Shown here: positions 13,001 to 25,700 of the stretch, piece after piece | Layout of the letters: each line of letters starts with the position of its first letter | How positions within the stretch are numbered: position 1 is the first letter of the stretch | NCBI GenBank assembly: GCA_000934665.2 | Contig: KZ538188.1 | Span: forward strand, 1 to 64,000 | Direction: 5' to 3' | From: Catajapyx aquilonaris | Taxonomy: Eukaryota | DNA: 64,000 bases | The notes under the pieces: model-generated | Told to the model about the DNA's origin: nothing | The model's database searches: none | Seen by the model: the letters and a program-made list of their open reading frames with translations, nothing else | Position numbers and translations under genes: made by a program

Positions 13001-15052
13001 AGCCAACATTTTAAATAGCAACATATTTTAATATAATTTTTAAAGAATTTTTACATATTCTTCCTTCCGTACAGGAATATCGACTGCAGCAGATGCAGGC
13101 GAACTACTGGTGAAAGTGACTGCAACTGACCTTGACCTGGGTGCAAATGGCACGATCTCATACACAATATACGCATCATATCTGTACAAAGACGGGTCCA
13201 ACTACACGTCGGGATCAGTGGTGCCATCTCCCTTCAACGTGAGCTCCGACGGACGTCTGGTGACTGCATCACTCATGGCCGAGTTTGAGCAGGACAGGTT
13301 CATCGTGGAGGTCATTGCCAGGGAGCAGGCTCTTCCGTTCAGAGAGTCTAGAACTAGAGTTCATGTAAGTTGGCTTTCAACAATGTCACAATCTTTTTGC
13401 AGCTTACTTATAGGGCCAAACATGCTGAAAATATAGTTTCAATAATTTCCTTGACCGTAGCGGAAAGTGTGTTTTTTTTCTTACCATCTTTTGATATAAT
13501 AACACTTAGTAAAAGCTTTGGACTGTAAAATAAATTTAAGGACTTGTAAATTAATTCTTGGCAGGTGTGGGTGTACGAGCCGCAACAGCTAATAAGGATC
13601 ATACTGGCAAATCCTCCCGAAGACGTCCACCAGCAGAGGGATGATATCGCGCTGGAACTGTCCAACGTTACTCAAAGCCTTGTCATAGTCGATGACATTC
13701 GATATCATGTGGACTCAGACGGAAGAATACAACGAGAATGGTGGGTTTACCATGCAATTTAGACATGTAATAACACCTAATGCAGTAAAACCTGTCTGTA
13801 GAAAAATAATTAGCTACTTTTGGCTTTAATAAATGTATACGATTTTCTCTTTCAGGTCAGACATGTACATTCATGCTGTCCACAGGGAACTTCAGACAAT
13901 CCTGCCTGTCTCGGAAGTGCTACAAGCAATAGACACTCACTATGACTTTCTGAAGGACTACTACGGGGAGTTTGCCATTGAAAACGTTGTGGTACGTTGC
14001 TTTTTGAGACGCAATTAATTGAACTGGTTTGGAATTATTGGCTTTTCTTTCTAGCCTGCTTATGTTGGGGTTAAGGATGACCAGTTTGACCCTGCCTTGG
14101 CTGCCCTCGTAGCACTCCTCATCGTCCTGTTCATTGGAAGCGTCACTTTTCTCGTCGTCTGCTGCTGCCTCAGGCATTGGTTAGTTTCTTCCACTTCTAT
14201 TACACATGTAAGGTATATCATTGTTTTGGTTTGCATCGCAGGATAGTGTCGCCAGCGCAAAACCTGAAAAGAAAGGAGATGCTCATCAAAAAGGAGTTTG
14301 TGGATGAGTTAGCCACAACGGACAATCCTCTGTGGATAGAACAGTACGTTGGTCAAATGTTAGATTCAACCAACACAATTAAATCGTGCAATTAATCTGC
14401 TCACAGTAAACTGAAAATTTACGAAGAGCAGGAGCTCAGCATGCAAGTCTTCAGCGAGCCGGACCAGATGACCAACCTACATGAGGATCCAAATGCGCCT
14501 TCGGAAGCAAGGCCCAGTGCCATTGACTTTATTCAGGTATGCAGACAATTACTGCAGGAATAATGTAACTCACTTTGGTTAATGGCTCGTTGCGCAATAA
14601 AAGGCTTATTGTTTGATTGCAGGTGGATCCTCAGAGCCACGCATATGCCACAATCCAGAGGCCGCTGGAGAGGGATCCAGGAGGGGCACTCCACTTAGGG
14701 GAGGAGATTGGCGAGTCAAACGACTATGCCACGCTCGACAGGGACTACCACAGTGGGGAAGTTCATGGTCCAGGAGCAGGCTCAACTGAACACCACATCA
14801 TTGGGCAGGTATGTCCAGTCATTAGCGTCGATAACTTACAATTAATAATCCGCAACAACTTGTCGAAGCGATACATTCAAAAATAATGCTATGAATCTTT
14901 TTTAGCTGTACAGTGAGTTGCAGAATCATCCGTCGTCTGGCTTCCAAGGTTCCACCTTCCAAGTGCCTGGCACAGAGACTATGGCGAGAACGCAGTCTTC
15001 CTTGACAGTGAATCAGGACGGAGAGCCGCAATTGGTAGCCGAGTTGTTGTAA
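2349..15052 (+). CDS. Cad87A: Cadherin-87A-like non-classical cadherin (many EC repeats, one TM helix, cytoplasmic tail); 5' signal-peptide exon not located
   Basis: GT-AG exons: 2349-2557, 7352-7744, 7826-8018, 8100-8212, 8646-9509, 9585-9749, 9810-10223, 10280-10435, 10498-10630, 10687-11060, 11124-11238, 11303-11644, 11702-11922, 11981-12565, 12653-12776, 13075-13364, 13565-13740, 13856-13991, 14055-14179, 14242-14343, 14407-14536, 14623-14808, 14906-15052. They sum to 5693 nt (2 nt + 1897 codons) in frame to TAA. Repeated DxNDNxPxF and LDRE/LDYE motifs; TM segment ALAALVALLIVLFIGSVTFLVVCCCL. The N-terminus (NLPPSF..YRLEGTDPEGSPV) and tail (TTDNPLWIEHKLKIYEEQELSMQVFSEPD) match my recollection of insect Cad87A. 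Confidence 0.85.
3286..3313. repeat. (CT)n microsatellite
   Basis: Direct reading. Confidence 0.95.
3965..4020. repeat. Compound (CT)n(AC)n microsatellite
   Basis: Direct reading. Confidence 0.95.
4240..4509. mobile_element. About 270-bp fold-back element (MITE-like)
   Basis: CATTTACCTTCTCTAGA..TCTAGAGAAGGTAAATG arms pair almost to the centre near 4370-4378; preceded by CACTCTTAAC. Confidence 0.8.
5380..5600. repeat. Degenerate inverted repeat (old MITE?)
   Basis: CAACCGAGTGCACGCACCACA versus TGTGGGTGCGCACTCGGTTG. Confidence 0.5.
6522..6716. mobile_element. MITE with TA|CCGTCAATTGGGGTGAGATTGTG end; right end clipped by the next element
   Basis: CAATTGGGGTGAGATTGTGCCAGC pairs with GCTGGCACAATCTCACCCC and CACAATCTCACCCCAATTG. 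Confidence 0.7.
6893..7193. mobile_element. Two adjacent, oppositely oriented CAC-ended MITE copies (animal CACTA/EnSpm-like); the second has five 30-bp tandem units
   Basis: Copies 6893-6982 and 6987-7193; TIR CACTCTAAGAAATGTCCGGGTTAAA; TA flanks; tandem unit TAAGAAATGTCCGGGTTAAATAACCATGAC. Confidence 0.8.
8330..8585. repeat. Degenerate short tandem repeats in a cadherin intron
   Basis: Recurring AATGGGTAT(G/A)AAA and ATTGG(C/T)ATGAAA units. Confidence 0.65.
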
Positions 15053-15476
15053 CCAGAGTGCAGTGCTATTCGTGTGTCGACTGCAGGGGACACCGTTGTC
15101 AGTTTTTTTTAAAAATAACATATAGGAAACGAGACTTTGTGATTGTGCAGCATGTGAATCTGTGGACGTTTGGTGCAAGCATTTTTTTTTTTTTTTTCTA
15201 ACCGACTCGACACTTGTTACTGTAAAGAACACTGATATTTATAGTGTAAATGACTACGTATGCATGCAGGTGTATATCTACCTAGATCGGTATGTCACCA
15301 CCCATGAACTCTCCCAAAATGTAAAGTGGCTCAAGATGTTTTTTCCCAGATAAAAAAACAAATGCACTGACAAGAAAAATTAATCCTCAAAGGCATATTT
15401 TGAGACTATATATTGCAGATGCTAATGGTATTACCCAGTACGAATGTAAAAAGGAGATATTAATGTTGAGACAATC

Positions 15477-15482
15477 AATAAA
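15477..15482 (+). terminator. Probable polyadenylation signal of the cadherin gene
   Basis: AATAAA about 425 nt after the stop codon, followed by T-rich sequence. Confidence 0.45.
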
Positions 15483-17499
15483 TTTTATATTGAGAGGCAA
15501 TTACTTACATTCAGATTTGTACTTGCAAAAAAAAAAATGTGTACGTCCTATTTTTTTTCCAGATGTAGTTAGGTACCTGTGCGTTTTAAACGTAATTTTA
15601 ATGAACTTTTTAGTGTGTGTATTTTTTTAAAAGTAATAACAGCAGGCCCGTAATTATTTTGAATCAGTGCCCCTTTTCATTAGTCGTTAGGGTAATTAGT
15701 GGTTATTATGAGCAAAAATTTTGGTGCATTAATATATTATTTATGTCACGGACATTCCCTTCACTATTGAAGAGCTTAGGATGATCTAATTAAATTGGTG
15801 ATAAAATGACACTTCTGCAGCAGAGAATGGTTGGCCTATTATTACAAAGAACCATATGTTTTATGAGTTAAACTGTGACAGCTGATGTATGAAATATGCT
15901 GGGTTGTTCACCCAGGCATTTGACCATCAAGGTCATAACCAGCATGCAATATTTTCTGGAGGTGGGTGGACCCCTCCTGGCCCTGCTGGCTTTGCTGGCA
16001 GCTCTCTCACTCTCTTTGCATCCAGATCTCCAAGGCAAGCAGACGTGCCTCTCTCAGTACTAGTCAATATGCCGCAAACAGCAGGACAAGTACAGGTATG
16101 TGACATTATTTTTAGATGGGGGTGCTTGCTGCATTACACATATTACAGCTTGGCCATTCATTTTGTGATGGTCAAGCTGGGGTTGGCTGGCATTCATTAA
16201 ATTACAACATGTACTTTAATCATCCCTGTAGGGAGTAATGGGGCAGCAGCGATGCGATTCATCACGTCGAGGACTGATGGTTCGCCTTCAAGTGGGGTCA
16301 AGTTGGTCGTCAGGTTACGCCACACTCATTTTGAACTTGACGGCCTTGAATAAATGGTGAGTACATGCCAATATTAATAAAAATTCTGCAATTACAGGAT
16401 GGCCACAGTTTTATACCAGCTAGGGCCAGTTGCGACAGGTCAGAAACATTATTTTCAGATTCTACCCTGCTCAAATCCATTATTTGATATACCGTATTTA
16501 AAAAACAGCTGTCCGTATGTCAAATAGAGACTTGGCCAGGTAGTAATCAGGTATTCCGACCTGGTGCAATGGGGGCATTAGGGAAAAGAAGTCAAGTGCT
16601 ATGATTGAATTTTGTTGGACCAGTCCCATTAAACTATAGTCCGTTGCATAATCAAATGTGGAGCTAAGCAAAAACTGACCTTGGCCCATTGCAGGTACTT
16701 CAGTGTAGCCAATGAACGGCATGTGTCAGCTGCCCCTTTCTAGAAGCCAGGAAGGCGTTGCATTGTCATTTTGCAGGTCATTGCATAGTAATCTGGGCTT
16801 TTAACTGCCATAGTTTATTAGTGACTTGTTTGCCTGACGTTTTGATCTCATACACTCCGCCCTTTGCAGAAGCAGCCTCCAACATCTGCATTGCTCAGGA
16901 GATGCGACTGCTGCGATGGACAACTCATTTCGCTGCAACAGACATGGTCATCTCATTTCATCGGCGGCCACCAGCGCAATCATGGTTCCTCGAGTGACTT
17001 CAGATGCCAACACTGCCGCACTTATTGGTGAGTCCTATTCTCATGCTTTCATTTATTGGTGCCTCGTCGTGTCTCGATGGGATCATCCACGCACAGTTTG
17101 AGTTGAAGGCAGCTTAGGAGTAGGACATAATGTCAGGTTCATTCCCAAACATATGCCTGCAGTCTGATTAGTCTTTGTGGCTGCATCATTAGGAATCGCT
17201 GTTGAAAATTCGCCCTGGACAATCAGAGCACTGATGTGAGGCTCGTCTAGTGGGCTGCAGAGCCATTTGACTTGACAAGATAACGAGCAATGACAAGGGC
17301 ATTGCGACATTGATGGTTTTATGTTTGACTGCAAGGCTTAATTTGGCGATGAAAATGCACGTACTGTGCATTAGTCTTTCAGTGAAGTACTTCAATGGCA
17401 TTTTTGTCGTAACTAATCTGCTTATTATTTAGCAGTGTCTTTTTAGTGGCTATTTAAATCGCTTCGCAATATAATCAGGGCACCACTGTACGCTTTCCT

Positions 17500-18010
17500 T
17501 ACGCAAGTGAAGTTCATCTAGCATTAAAATCCTCTGCATGTCCATCTTACAAACATTAATTAATAGAGAATGATTCATGTTTAAATAACACCCATCATCT
17601 CTTCCATATGCCTCATTAGAATATAAATACATTTGTATTAGAATTAAAGTATAGATTAGGACATTATAATACAAGTGTCGTATGATTATAGCATTTCATT
17701 AGAATTAAGTATAGATAACGAGAGAACGCTCTGACGTCATCGTTTCTTACATTGTTGACGCTGTTTACTCATATTCTGCTGTGAGAATATTTCAATGGAA
17801 ATTGTGATGTCAGATCGTTCTCTCATTTTCCGTACATTGGACTATAAGTGGTATAATATTGTAACATTAGTTATAATACAATTTATATTCTAATGAGGCA
17901 TATGGAAGAGATGTTGGGGCCTACAGGTGTTATTAAAACATTAATTTTTATATTAATTCATATTTGTGACACACATGCAGGTGATTGTTGTACTCAGTGA
18001 ACCTCACTGG
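17500..18010. repeat. Older degenerate fold-back, about 500 bp
   Basis: CATCTCTTCCATATGCCTCATTAGAATATAAAT (about 17597) inverted at about 17881-17913; inner pair GAGAGAACGCTCTGACGTCA / TGATGTCAGATCGTTCTCTC. Confidence 0.7.
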
Positions 18011-18121
18011 CATTGGTACCCTGCCTCATGACAACACCTGGACATAACATGCCAGGGTGGTGTGTGACTTAAAAGACTTTCATGTTGCTATCACATGACT
18101 TTTGGCACTTGAGTGTATATA

Positions 18122-18483
18122 CAGGGTGATCAAACTTTTGTCAATTTAGATATTGACAAATTCGGCATAAGCTGCTTATATTTAGCCCGTTACCTGGCAA
18201 CCCCGTCCGGCGGGCCAATTCAAACATCAGCCCATGGAGAGCGCTTCCATTGTTGCCACTGTTTACAAATCGAGTGAGTGACGCGGACGACCCAGCGACG
18301 GGTCTCTTCTGCCTGCGCACTCACTCACTCGATTTGTAAACAGTGGCAACAATGGAAGTGCTCTCCATGTGCCGATGTTTTAATTGGCCCGCCGGACGGG
18401 GTTGCCAGGTAACGGGCTACAATATAAGCAGCTTAGGCCGAATTTGACAATAACTAAAACGACAAAAAAGTTTGATCACCCTG
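18122..18483. mobile_element. Tc1/mariner-type fold-back MITE
   Basis: TA|CAGGGTGATCAAACTTTT ... AAAAGTTTGATCACCCTG|TA; arms about 160 bp, loop about 37 nt. Confidence 0.88.
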
Positions 18484-20337
18484 TATTTTGTCTTGCACAT
18501 GTTAGCCGTTTCACCTGATTTACATTCTTGCATCTCTGTTGCTTTCAGATTTCTTTCACCCAAAGGAAGAGCAGCAGTGATTTCCAGGACTGTTATTACC
18601 AGAGGATGATGCCGTAGGTCAGTATCATTAAGATCTCAATGCAGTTGCGTGGATTTGAGTGTTGGCTCCTGTGCAATGTTGGCCAGTGAGAGTATTACCT
18701 GACAGCAATAAAATGACATTATTCTGAACGTATCTGCTTTCTGTTGGGAAATGAGGGGAAACCTTTTGTGCTGGGCTCCCAAGTCTTTGCAGGTGGAATT
18801 GCTCATTGCCTTTACATCATTTCCACTTAATCAGTTTTGGCATTGCTTGATGAAAACTGACCGGATGTCAATGTCAGGGTGCTCAAATTTGCTTGATTTG
18901 TGTGCAGGAAGCAATAACTTCAATTTCCATTCAATTGCATTCACCCTTTTCTATTATGTTTTCGTATTAAAAATTATTTTCTTTTCAGTAATGTGCTGCA
19001 TCAGTCGTCTTGTATCCCTATTTTGGTGCCCCTTTGTTTTTTTTCCAGCCATTTGCAGCCCAGGTGGTGCCAGTCATCAGCAGCATCCTTTCCCTCCCTC
19101 CTACAAATCATCCAATTGTTTGGCATCATGTGCTAATACTTCTTGGCACATGATGTTGAAGAGAGGAAGATTGACCACCTGCATTTAGGCTTCCCCTCTT
19201 CGACGTCATGTGCGTGATGTTGAAGGGGGGGAAACTTGCAGGCTGAAAAATCGTGGTTTTTAGTCGTCGAAAAAGAAGGCCGGGGTCGTCCGGGCGTAAT
19301 TTTGGGCGGCCCCGGCCGCCCCTGCATTCGCAAAGTTCAAAGTTCGCTGGCGCGGAGCCTATCTTGTTGACTCCTCCCTTTTTTCCTGTAAACTTTTTCT
19401 TCTCCTGTAAACTTTTTCTTCAGAGTCCAGTGAGTCTCTCTGATTGGTTGACTCAGTCCCTTGCCCCTCTGCCTGCTGATGGGTGAGGCTTTGATGGAGG
19501 GGGGTGCATGTGTGGACGACGTAGGTTACGTTGTCCACATGTGCCCCCTTCCTTTGAAGGTGAGGCTTTGATTGATGGGGGTTCACGTGTGGACAATGTA
19601 AGTTACGTTGCCCTCCTGCCCCTATCCCCCCAGGGCTTGCCCTGGGAGGATAGGGGAAGGGGAGGCAATGCAGCTTACATTGCCCATGGGCCCCCATCCA
19701 TCAAAGCCTCTCCCTGGCCATCAGTAGGCAGAGAGGCAATGACACTTTATTTCTTACACTGTACAAAAATAGCAATAAAGATGTTCACAATAATCTGTTC
19801 TTCTGACTGCTGCTCTTTTCCAGGATCTTCCAAGTAACTTGTGTGTTAGGCTGTTTCCTCCTTGCATACTTTCCAGGACGATTGACATAATCTAGAAAGA
19901 AAAAAAGCACTACTTTTCACCTGCAAACACTTAGAATAATTTCAACCACAAGGCCTGCTGAACTAATGACTTGCAGATTTATTTCATAAATAGAGGAATC
20001 GTATAAATCTGCTGAGTCAAAAGTATTGGCCAATTAGTCACATGGCTAAATGATGATTTCAGTCATCAAGGCTTGGGACACTATTGGTAAATGACTTCAA
20101 CTGTTATAATATTGCAGCTACATCAAGTTTTGAAATTTAATTGCAGCCTGATATGACACATTTATTAATGAAAATTACCATTTGGATATCTAATTAATCT
20201 GATCAGTTTCTTGCAACACTTGTCTGCCTTTTTCATGTCTCAAAATGCAATTCAACCTATCGGAAAACCCATTTTACCATCTGACATGAAAGGGCAGGTT
20301 ATGCGCTTACAAAAATTAAATTAATGCCTTCCCATAT

Positions 20338-21790
20338 TTTATTAAACTAACATTAACCCATGGATGTGAGTGCTCACCATGTGTGTTGAGTTGCAAAAAC
20401 ATAGTTGAAGAACAACCAAGATGAGTTTGACGGATCTCATTGGAGACGTGGATTGGGATGAAAATCAGCTGTCCGTGGAACCAAGCGGGATTTCCACATT
20501 GTGCCTCCAAAGACTGGTCCAAAGCATCCTCCGTGAAGTAGTGGATGTTGCATCACTCACATCTGCACTACCCCAAGGCCGATTCTCGATGATGAAATGA
20601 GCTGTCCCAAAACTTACATCCTGTGAAAAAACCAGAAAAAATTATGAACAACCGCAAATCTTAATTATGACGACCTTTCAGAACAATCAGTCATATTGGA
20701 ATGATTTTGTCATAAATGATGTAGAATTGAAGACTGAATGATTCCATTTCAAACATTACGGTGGTAGCAGAAACTTGATCAATAGCCTACTACAGGCCAA
20801 AACTAGGATCATGTGTTAGCACACACTGGGAAATAATAGTGCAATGCAGCTGATTTCACTTGCAGATACATGACGTCAACAAAGGGGGTGGCTAGGCCCA
20901 TGTCAAATTACTCCCACTCGCTCCCACTCAGCAGACAATAACTCAGATAAATGTGACGTCACAGGAAGAGAATATGCATTTCGGACAAATACAGTAATGA
21001 CCACCTACCAAAAATGGCCCCAACAAGCACCTCATGTTGTATGGTGTTAATGCAATACTTAATTCTTTCTTTAAACTCCTCATAATAATGGTTAGCTGCA
21101 GGCTTCAAAATGGATGGCCAATTGACATTTCCTTCTAAAAGCTACAGTTCTCACTGACCAAGTACTAGCTTCCAATATTCACTGGCTTCCATTTTCATTG
21201 CCTAATCCCTAATGTATGGACAGCCTCAGCACTTCAACACATGAGGTGTACAATAATTGTAATAATGCTTACCATGTCTGGTGTTCCAGGATAGTAGATG
21301 CCAAATGAAGGGTTGAGGCCTCGGATGATGACAGCACCTCCCATCGCTTGATTCCAGAAGTTGATTAGGATGCGGCCAAAGTGGTTGTTGGTTTGGCAGG
21401 ATCAGGCAGGCGATGTCCAGAGATCAATCATTCTGCAATTATATATAACAATGATAAATGATAACCAAATATTTGAGCCGCACATTGTTCACTAAAACTA
21501 ATATTTAATCAGATTCAGTGGCGATATCTCAAATGATCTGATTACATTTGGTAAATCATGCACGTACACGCATAATAAATTAAAACCATTGTCACCAAAC
21601 ACGTGACAAAGAATTTAGCCATCAGCAACACGCCACTTACTCTAAATTGAAATTGTGCGTAGGCTTAAGAGCATTACGAACATCATACAGTAATTAGGAA
21701 TACTTACTAGTTTTAAAGATTGGTGCAATCAGGTCGATGGGTGCAATAATCCAATCCTGCTCAACAGACGCCATTTTCTTGCCAAATCAT
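20338..21790 (-). other. Candidate three-exon small gene (75-aa ORF or spliced lncRNA)
   Basis: Donor CTA|GTAAGT at 21708; exon 21432-21273 (ttgcag| ... ATG|GTAAGC); acceptor ttttttcacag| at 20620; AATAAA at 20343-20338; AAAATGGCG motif at 21777-21769. No recognisable homology. Confidence 0.4.
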
Positions 21791-22457
21791 CAAGGTGCAG
21801 TTGAGATATTGCTCCCCCCAAAAAAGGCAGGCGCAAGGTCACATCTTTCTGAAAAATATGTATGCATTAATGGCCAAAATAAATAAATGCAATGGTGACA
21901 CCCTCGTGCTTTTAACCATAGCCATAGAGCAACAAACCTTCCAGTCATGAAGCAAGAATTGCACGTCCACTCAGTCCGACTGTTCACTGCCTACTGCTTG
22001 TCAAGGTCGTGTTGGGTAAGTGATTCTAAAAGGGCCAGTCAAAAGGACACATCAGGAGGGCAGGAAAAAAAAATATGCCGCACTAACCATGGAAAAATAT
22101 TCCTGCCTGGCCATGAAGGTTGCTGCAACTATAAAAATTGGACAAAACGCTACTATTTCAATAGGCGGCCAGTTAACACCATTGCGAAGAATTCAGCATG
22201 CCTTCTGTCGTGTTTTAACATTATTTTTCGGGGTGACTCAGCAATCCCAAAAATGGTACACCATATTTATCACGTTTGTGAAAAACAACAATGTTACCAG
22301 ATATCATGATGCTTTATTCGTTCTCGTATACATTTTTGGTCATTACCTTTGGCAGGAGGCAGAGCATTTATTTGAAGCTCAGCCAACCGCCTCTCATTGG
22401 ACACAGTATTTTATGTCTGCTGGACGGAGCAAGAGAACAACAGCAGGTGACACTGTA

Positions 22458-22641
22458 CGGAGGTGCCTCGTGCTTCGAACTTAATTCGTTCCAGGAGGCC
22501 TTTCTAACTCTTCTCAATCAATATTTAACATAAGAAATAACGCAAAATGAATTAATCCATTCCCAGCCCCTACTCATTTTGAAAAACTTAAAAAAACAGC
22601 AAATACACACAATTTAAAGTTCGAAGTTGGAGGTTCCACTC
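22458..22641. mobile_element. pogo/Tigger-like MITE just 3' of paralog A
   Basis: TA|CGGAGGTGCCTCGTGCTTCGAACTT ... AAGTTCGAAGTTGGAGGTTCCACTC|TA; related right-end remnants near 29320-29405 and 38165-38234. Confidence 0.6.
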
Positions 22642-22703
22642 TAGTGGTTAATGTTTTCTGCCCTAATAACATGCCCATAAATACAAAATATAGTGGGACT
22701 GCC

Positions 22704-25700
22704 TCAAGGAAGAATATATTCAACCTTACAATCTTCAAGGGTTATTTCGTCACTTTCAGCCTGGCATATCCGCAAATGACCTACAAGAATGTGACGTGTC
22801 TTGAATACCTTACCACACCAATTGCATTCGTATTGTTTCTCATCTGATTGTTCGCATTTATGATTTTTCAAATTCGCAGGAGAAGTAAACCTTTTGAAAC
22901 AAATGCTGCACTCGGAAAAGCTCCCTTTTGCATGTGTCAACATATGTTTATGCAAATGATGAGGAGAAATGAAACCTTCACTGCATTCAGTGCATCTGTA
23001 TGGTCTCTCTCCTGTGCGATGTCGTAACATGTGACTTTCCAACTTCATCTTAGACAAAAGGACAAAATGGCAAATGGGACATTCATATTTCTTACTCTCG
23101 TAACCATGTAACCTTCGCATATGGCACAGTAGCTTTGATCTGTCAGCATATTTATGTGAACAATATGAGCAACTGTACGGCAATGTATGCTCATGAGTGT
23201 GATTAGTAAGATGCCTACGGGAAATGAAACCTTCGCAACATACAGTGCACCTGAAGGGTCTCTCCCCAGTGTGAAGTCGCATATGGATTTCAAACTTGAT
23301 CTTAGAATCGAACACAAGAAGGCAAACAGGACATTTATGTTCCTCATATCCACTTGTTTTGTAGCCATGAAACTTTCGTCTGTGACGAAATAGGTTCTGT
23401 CTGCTTGTACATTTATGTGAGCAATCAGGGCAACTGTACTTGGACATTTCTGCCCCATGATACCTTCTCATGTGATCCTGCAAATTGTGCGTACTAGCTA
23501 AGACTTTATGGCAGTGTTTGCAAGCACGCTGCTCCACGTCTACTTGATGCATGCTCCTTTCATGTCTTTTCAGACACATCGGCAGTTTGAATCCCTTTCC
23601 ACATTTATCACATAGGAAAGGAGTCTCATCAGAATGCATTGAAAGCTTGTGCTGCACCAATACTTTGCTTTCCTTGAAGCTCTTTGAACACTGGCTACAC
23701 TTGAATGGCTTCTCACCCGTGTGACGACGCTCATGTCTAGCAAGAGCAGATTTTCTAAGGCAAACTTTACCACAATATTTGCACACATGCAGTTTGCCAA
23801 CGTTATGGGCTCGCATCTTGTGCACACTCAAACGATATGAAGAATAGAATGTCTCGGAACATAGTTCGCAAGTGAACACCTTGTCATGAACATGGCATAA
23901 CCTTACATGATTAATGAGGCTAGTCTTGGACATCAGAATTTTGGAACAATACGGACAGCAGAAAGATACATTTGTGCTGCTGCTAGACTGGAGAGAATTT
24001 TTGCACGCATCAATAGTATGACCTCCAAGTAATTTACTGAGTGCTTCCTTCAAACCTTCCCTTTTATGTTCCTTCTGATGTCGTTTAAAACTGTAACAAG
24101 AACTGAAGGAATTATTGCACTTGTCACAATTGAAGGAGGGCTTGTCAACGGAGTGAACTGCCATATGTCTAGACAGCTTCCACTGGTCGCCAAATGATTT
24201 GCTGCACTGATCACAAGTTAATGACTTTTGACATGTCTGTGCCCGAACATGAATACTGAGATGGGCCCTGCTTGAAAATGCTTTCCCACACTGTTCACAC
24301 TTGAGAGGTTCCTCCTTGGCGTGCTCTTTCCTGTGAAGCTTTAAATCCTTCTGCTTGCTAAAGGTTTTCCCACAGTCAGCACAACATAGGGACTGTTGTT
24401 CTTCCTTCATCTTCCTTCGCAATGCAGGATTCTGGGGGGGGAGGGGGAAAATCAGAACAATCTGAACTACTGCAGCAGACTGTCACATATCCGAAGCAAT
24501 CAGTAATAATCACCCTAAATTTGTTGCGTCCAGGCTCCTGGTCCGAAGACTCTCCTTCAGAGTCCATCCACTCGCCATTGGAGTAACTGGCCCTGCCATC
24601 CTCCTGGTCAGTCATGTCCTTCAACTTCTGCAGGGCCTTCCTCTTGGACTGTCTCCCTCCTACAGCATGTGCCATGCTGGCCTGGAGTGGAAGTGGAAGT
24701 GGTTAAGAGTCATTACCATATGAGGATTGCGGTTATCACTTATCACACATTGCTTGGTAAATTGGTCCTCACCTTCTCATTCATTCCCAAGTGCTCTTCT
24801 CTTTCATGCTCCTCCAATGGAGAACGCTGAGAACTTTCACCCTCACCACCAGCTTGACCTGTTCCATCTCCAAGTATTTCATTGAGGGTTTCATTCAAAT
24901 CTTCCCCTGCATGCTTCTGATGATGATGTTTCAAAGCGTAAGGAGTCTTGAAGGACTTATCACACATGTCACACTTGAAGGGCCTGTCATCCGAGTGAAC
25001 TACCATGTGCATAAGTAGGTGCTGGTGATAATTAAATGATTTGCTGCACTGATCACAAGTTAATGCCTTGTGACATATCCGTGCCTGAACATGTCTACTG
25101 AGAAACCGCCTGCTTGAAAACACTCTCCCACAGTTTTCGCATTTGACAGATTCCTTCTTGGTGTGCTTTCCTCCGTGATGCTTTAAATGCTGAAGATTGC
25201 TAAATGTTTTCCCACAGTCAGCCGAGTCCAGCAACTGTTGCACTTCCTCCTCAACCTCCTTGCTTGGCAATGCACCATCCTGAAAAAAATATATATACAA
25301 ATAATATCAGCATATTCTGAGCATGAATACTATGATTGTGAGTGGCAAATTCTACTTTTTAAACCCTTGGTGCTGCCCTCCTCCACAGAGCAAAACTTTG
25401 ACGTCACGTTTGGATCATGTTTGGGTGGCTGTCTCTGCTACTTTCCCTCCTGACCCAACTGGATTGGAAAGAATGGTTCAGGTTGGTTCAGACAAGCGTC
25501 TGCCCAAACTTGACGTCAAAGTTGATCTACGCCTGTGCCATAGAAATATTCGAGCCTAGCGATGGTTTTTTAAAAGTGTAATCAGTATTTTATTAAATAT
25601 TTTAAGCATTGAAAAGCAGAATAGATTGCTTCAGGAGTCATTATTATCACACATGTTTGAAAAGTAGCCCTCCTATACTATTCATCCCTAAATGGGTTAC

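Noticed and set aside
17450..17674. ILMLDELHLRK resembling a P-element/THAP9 catalytic motif
   Set aside because: Short match lying in the arm of a degenerate inverted repeat; no further transposase motifs recognisable in adjacent frames
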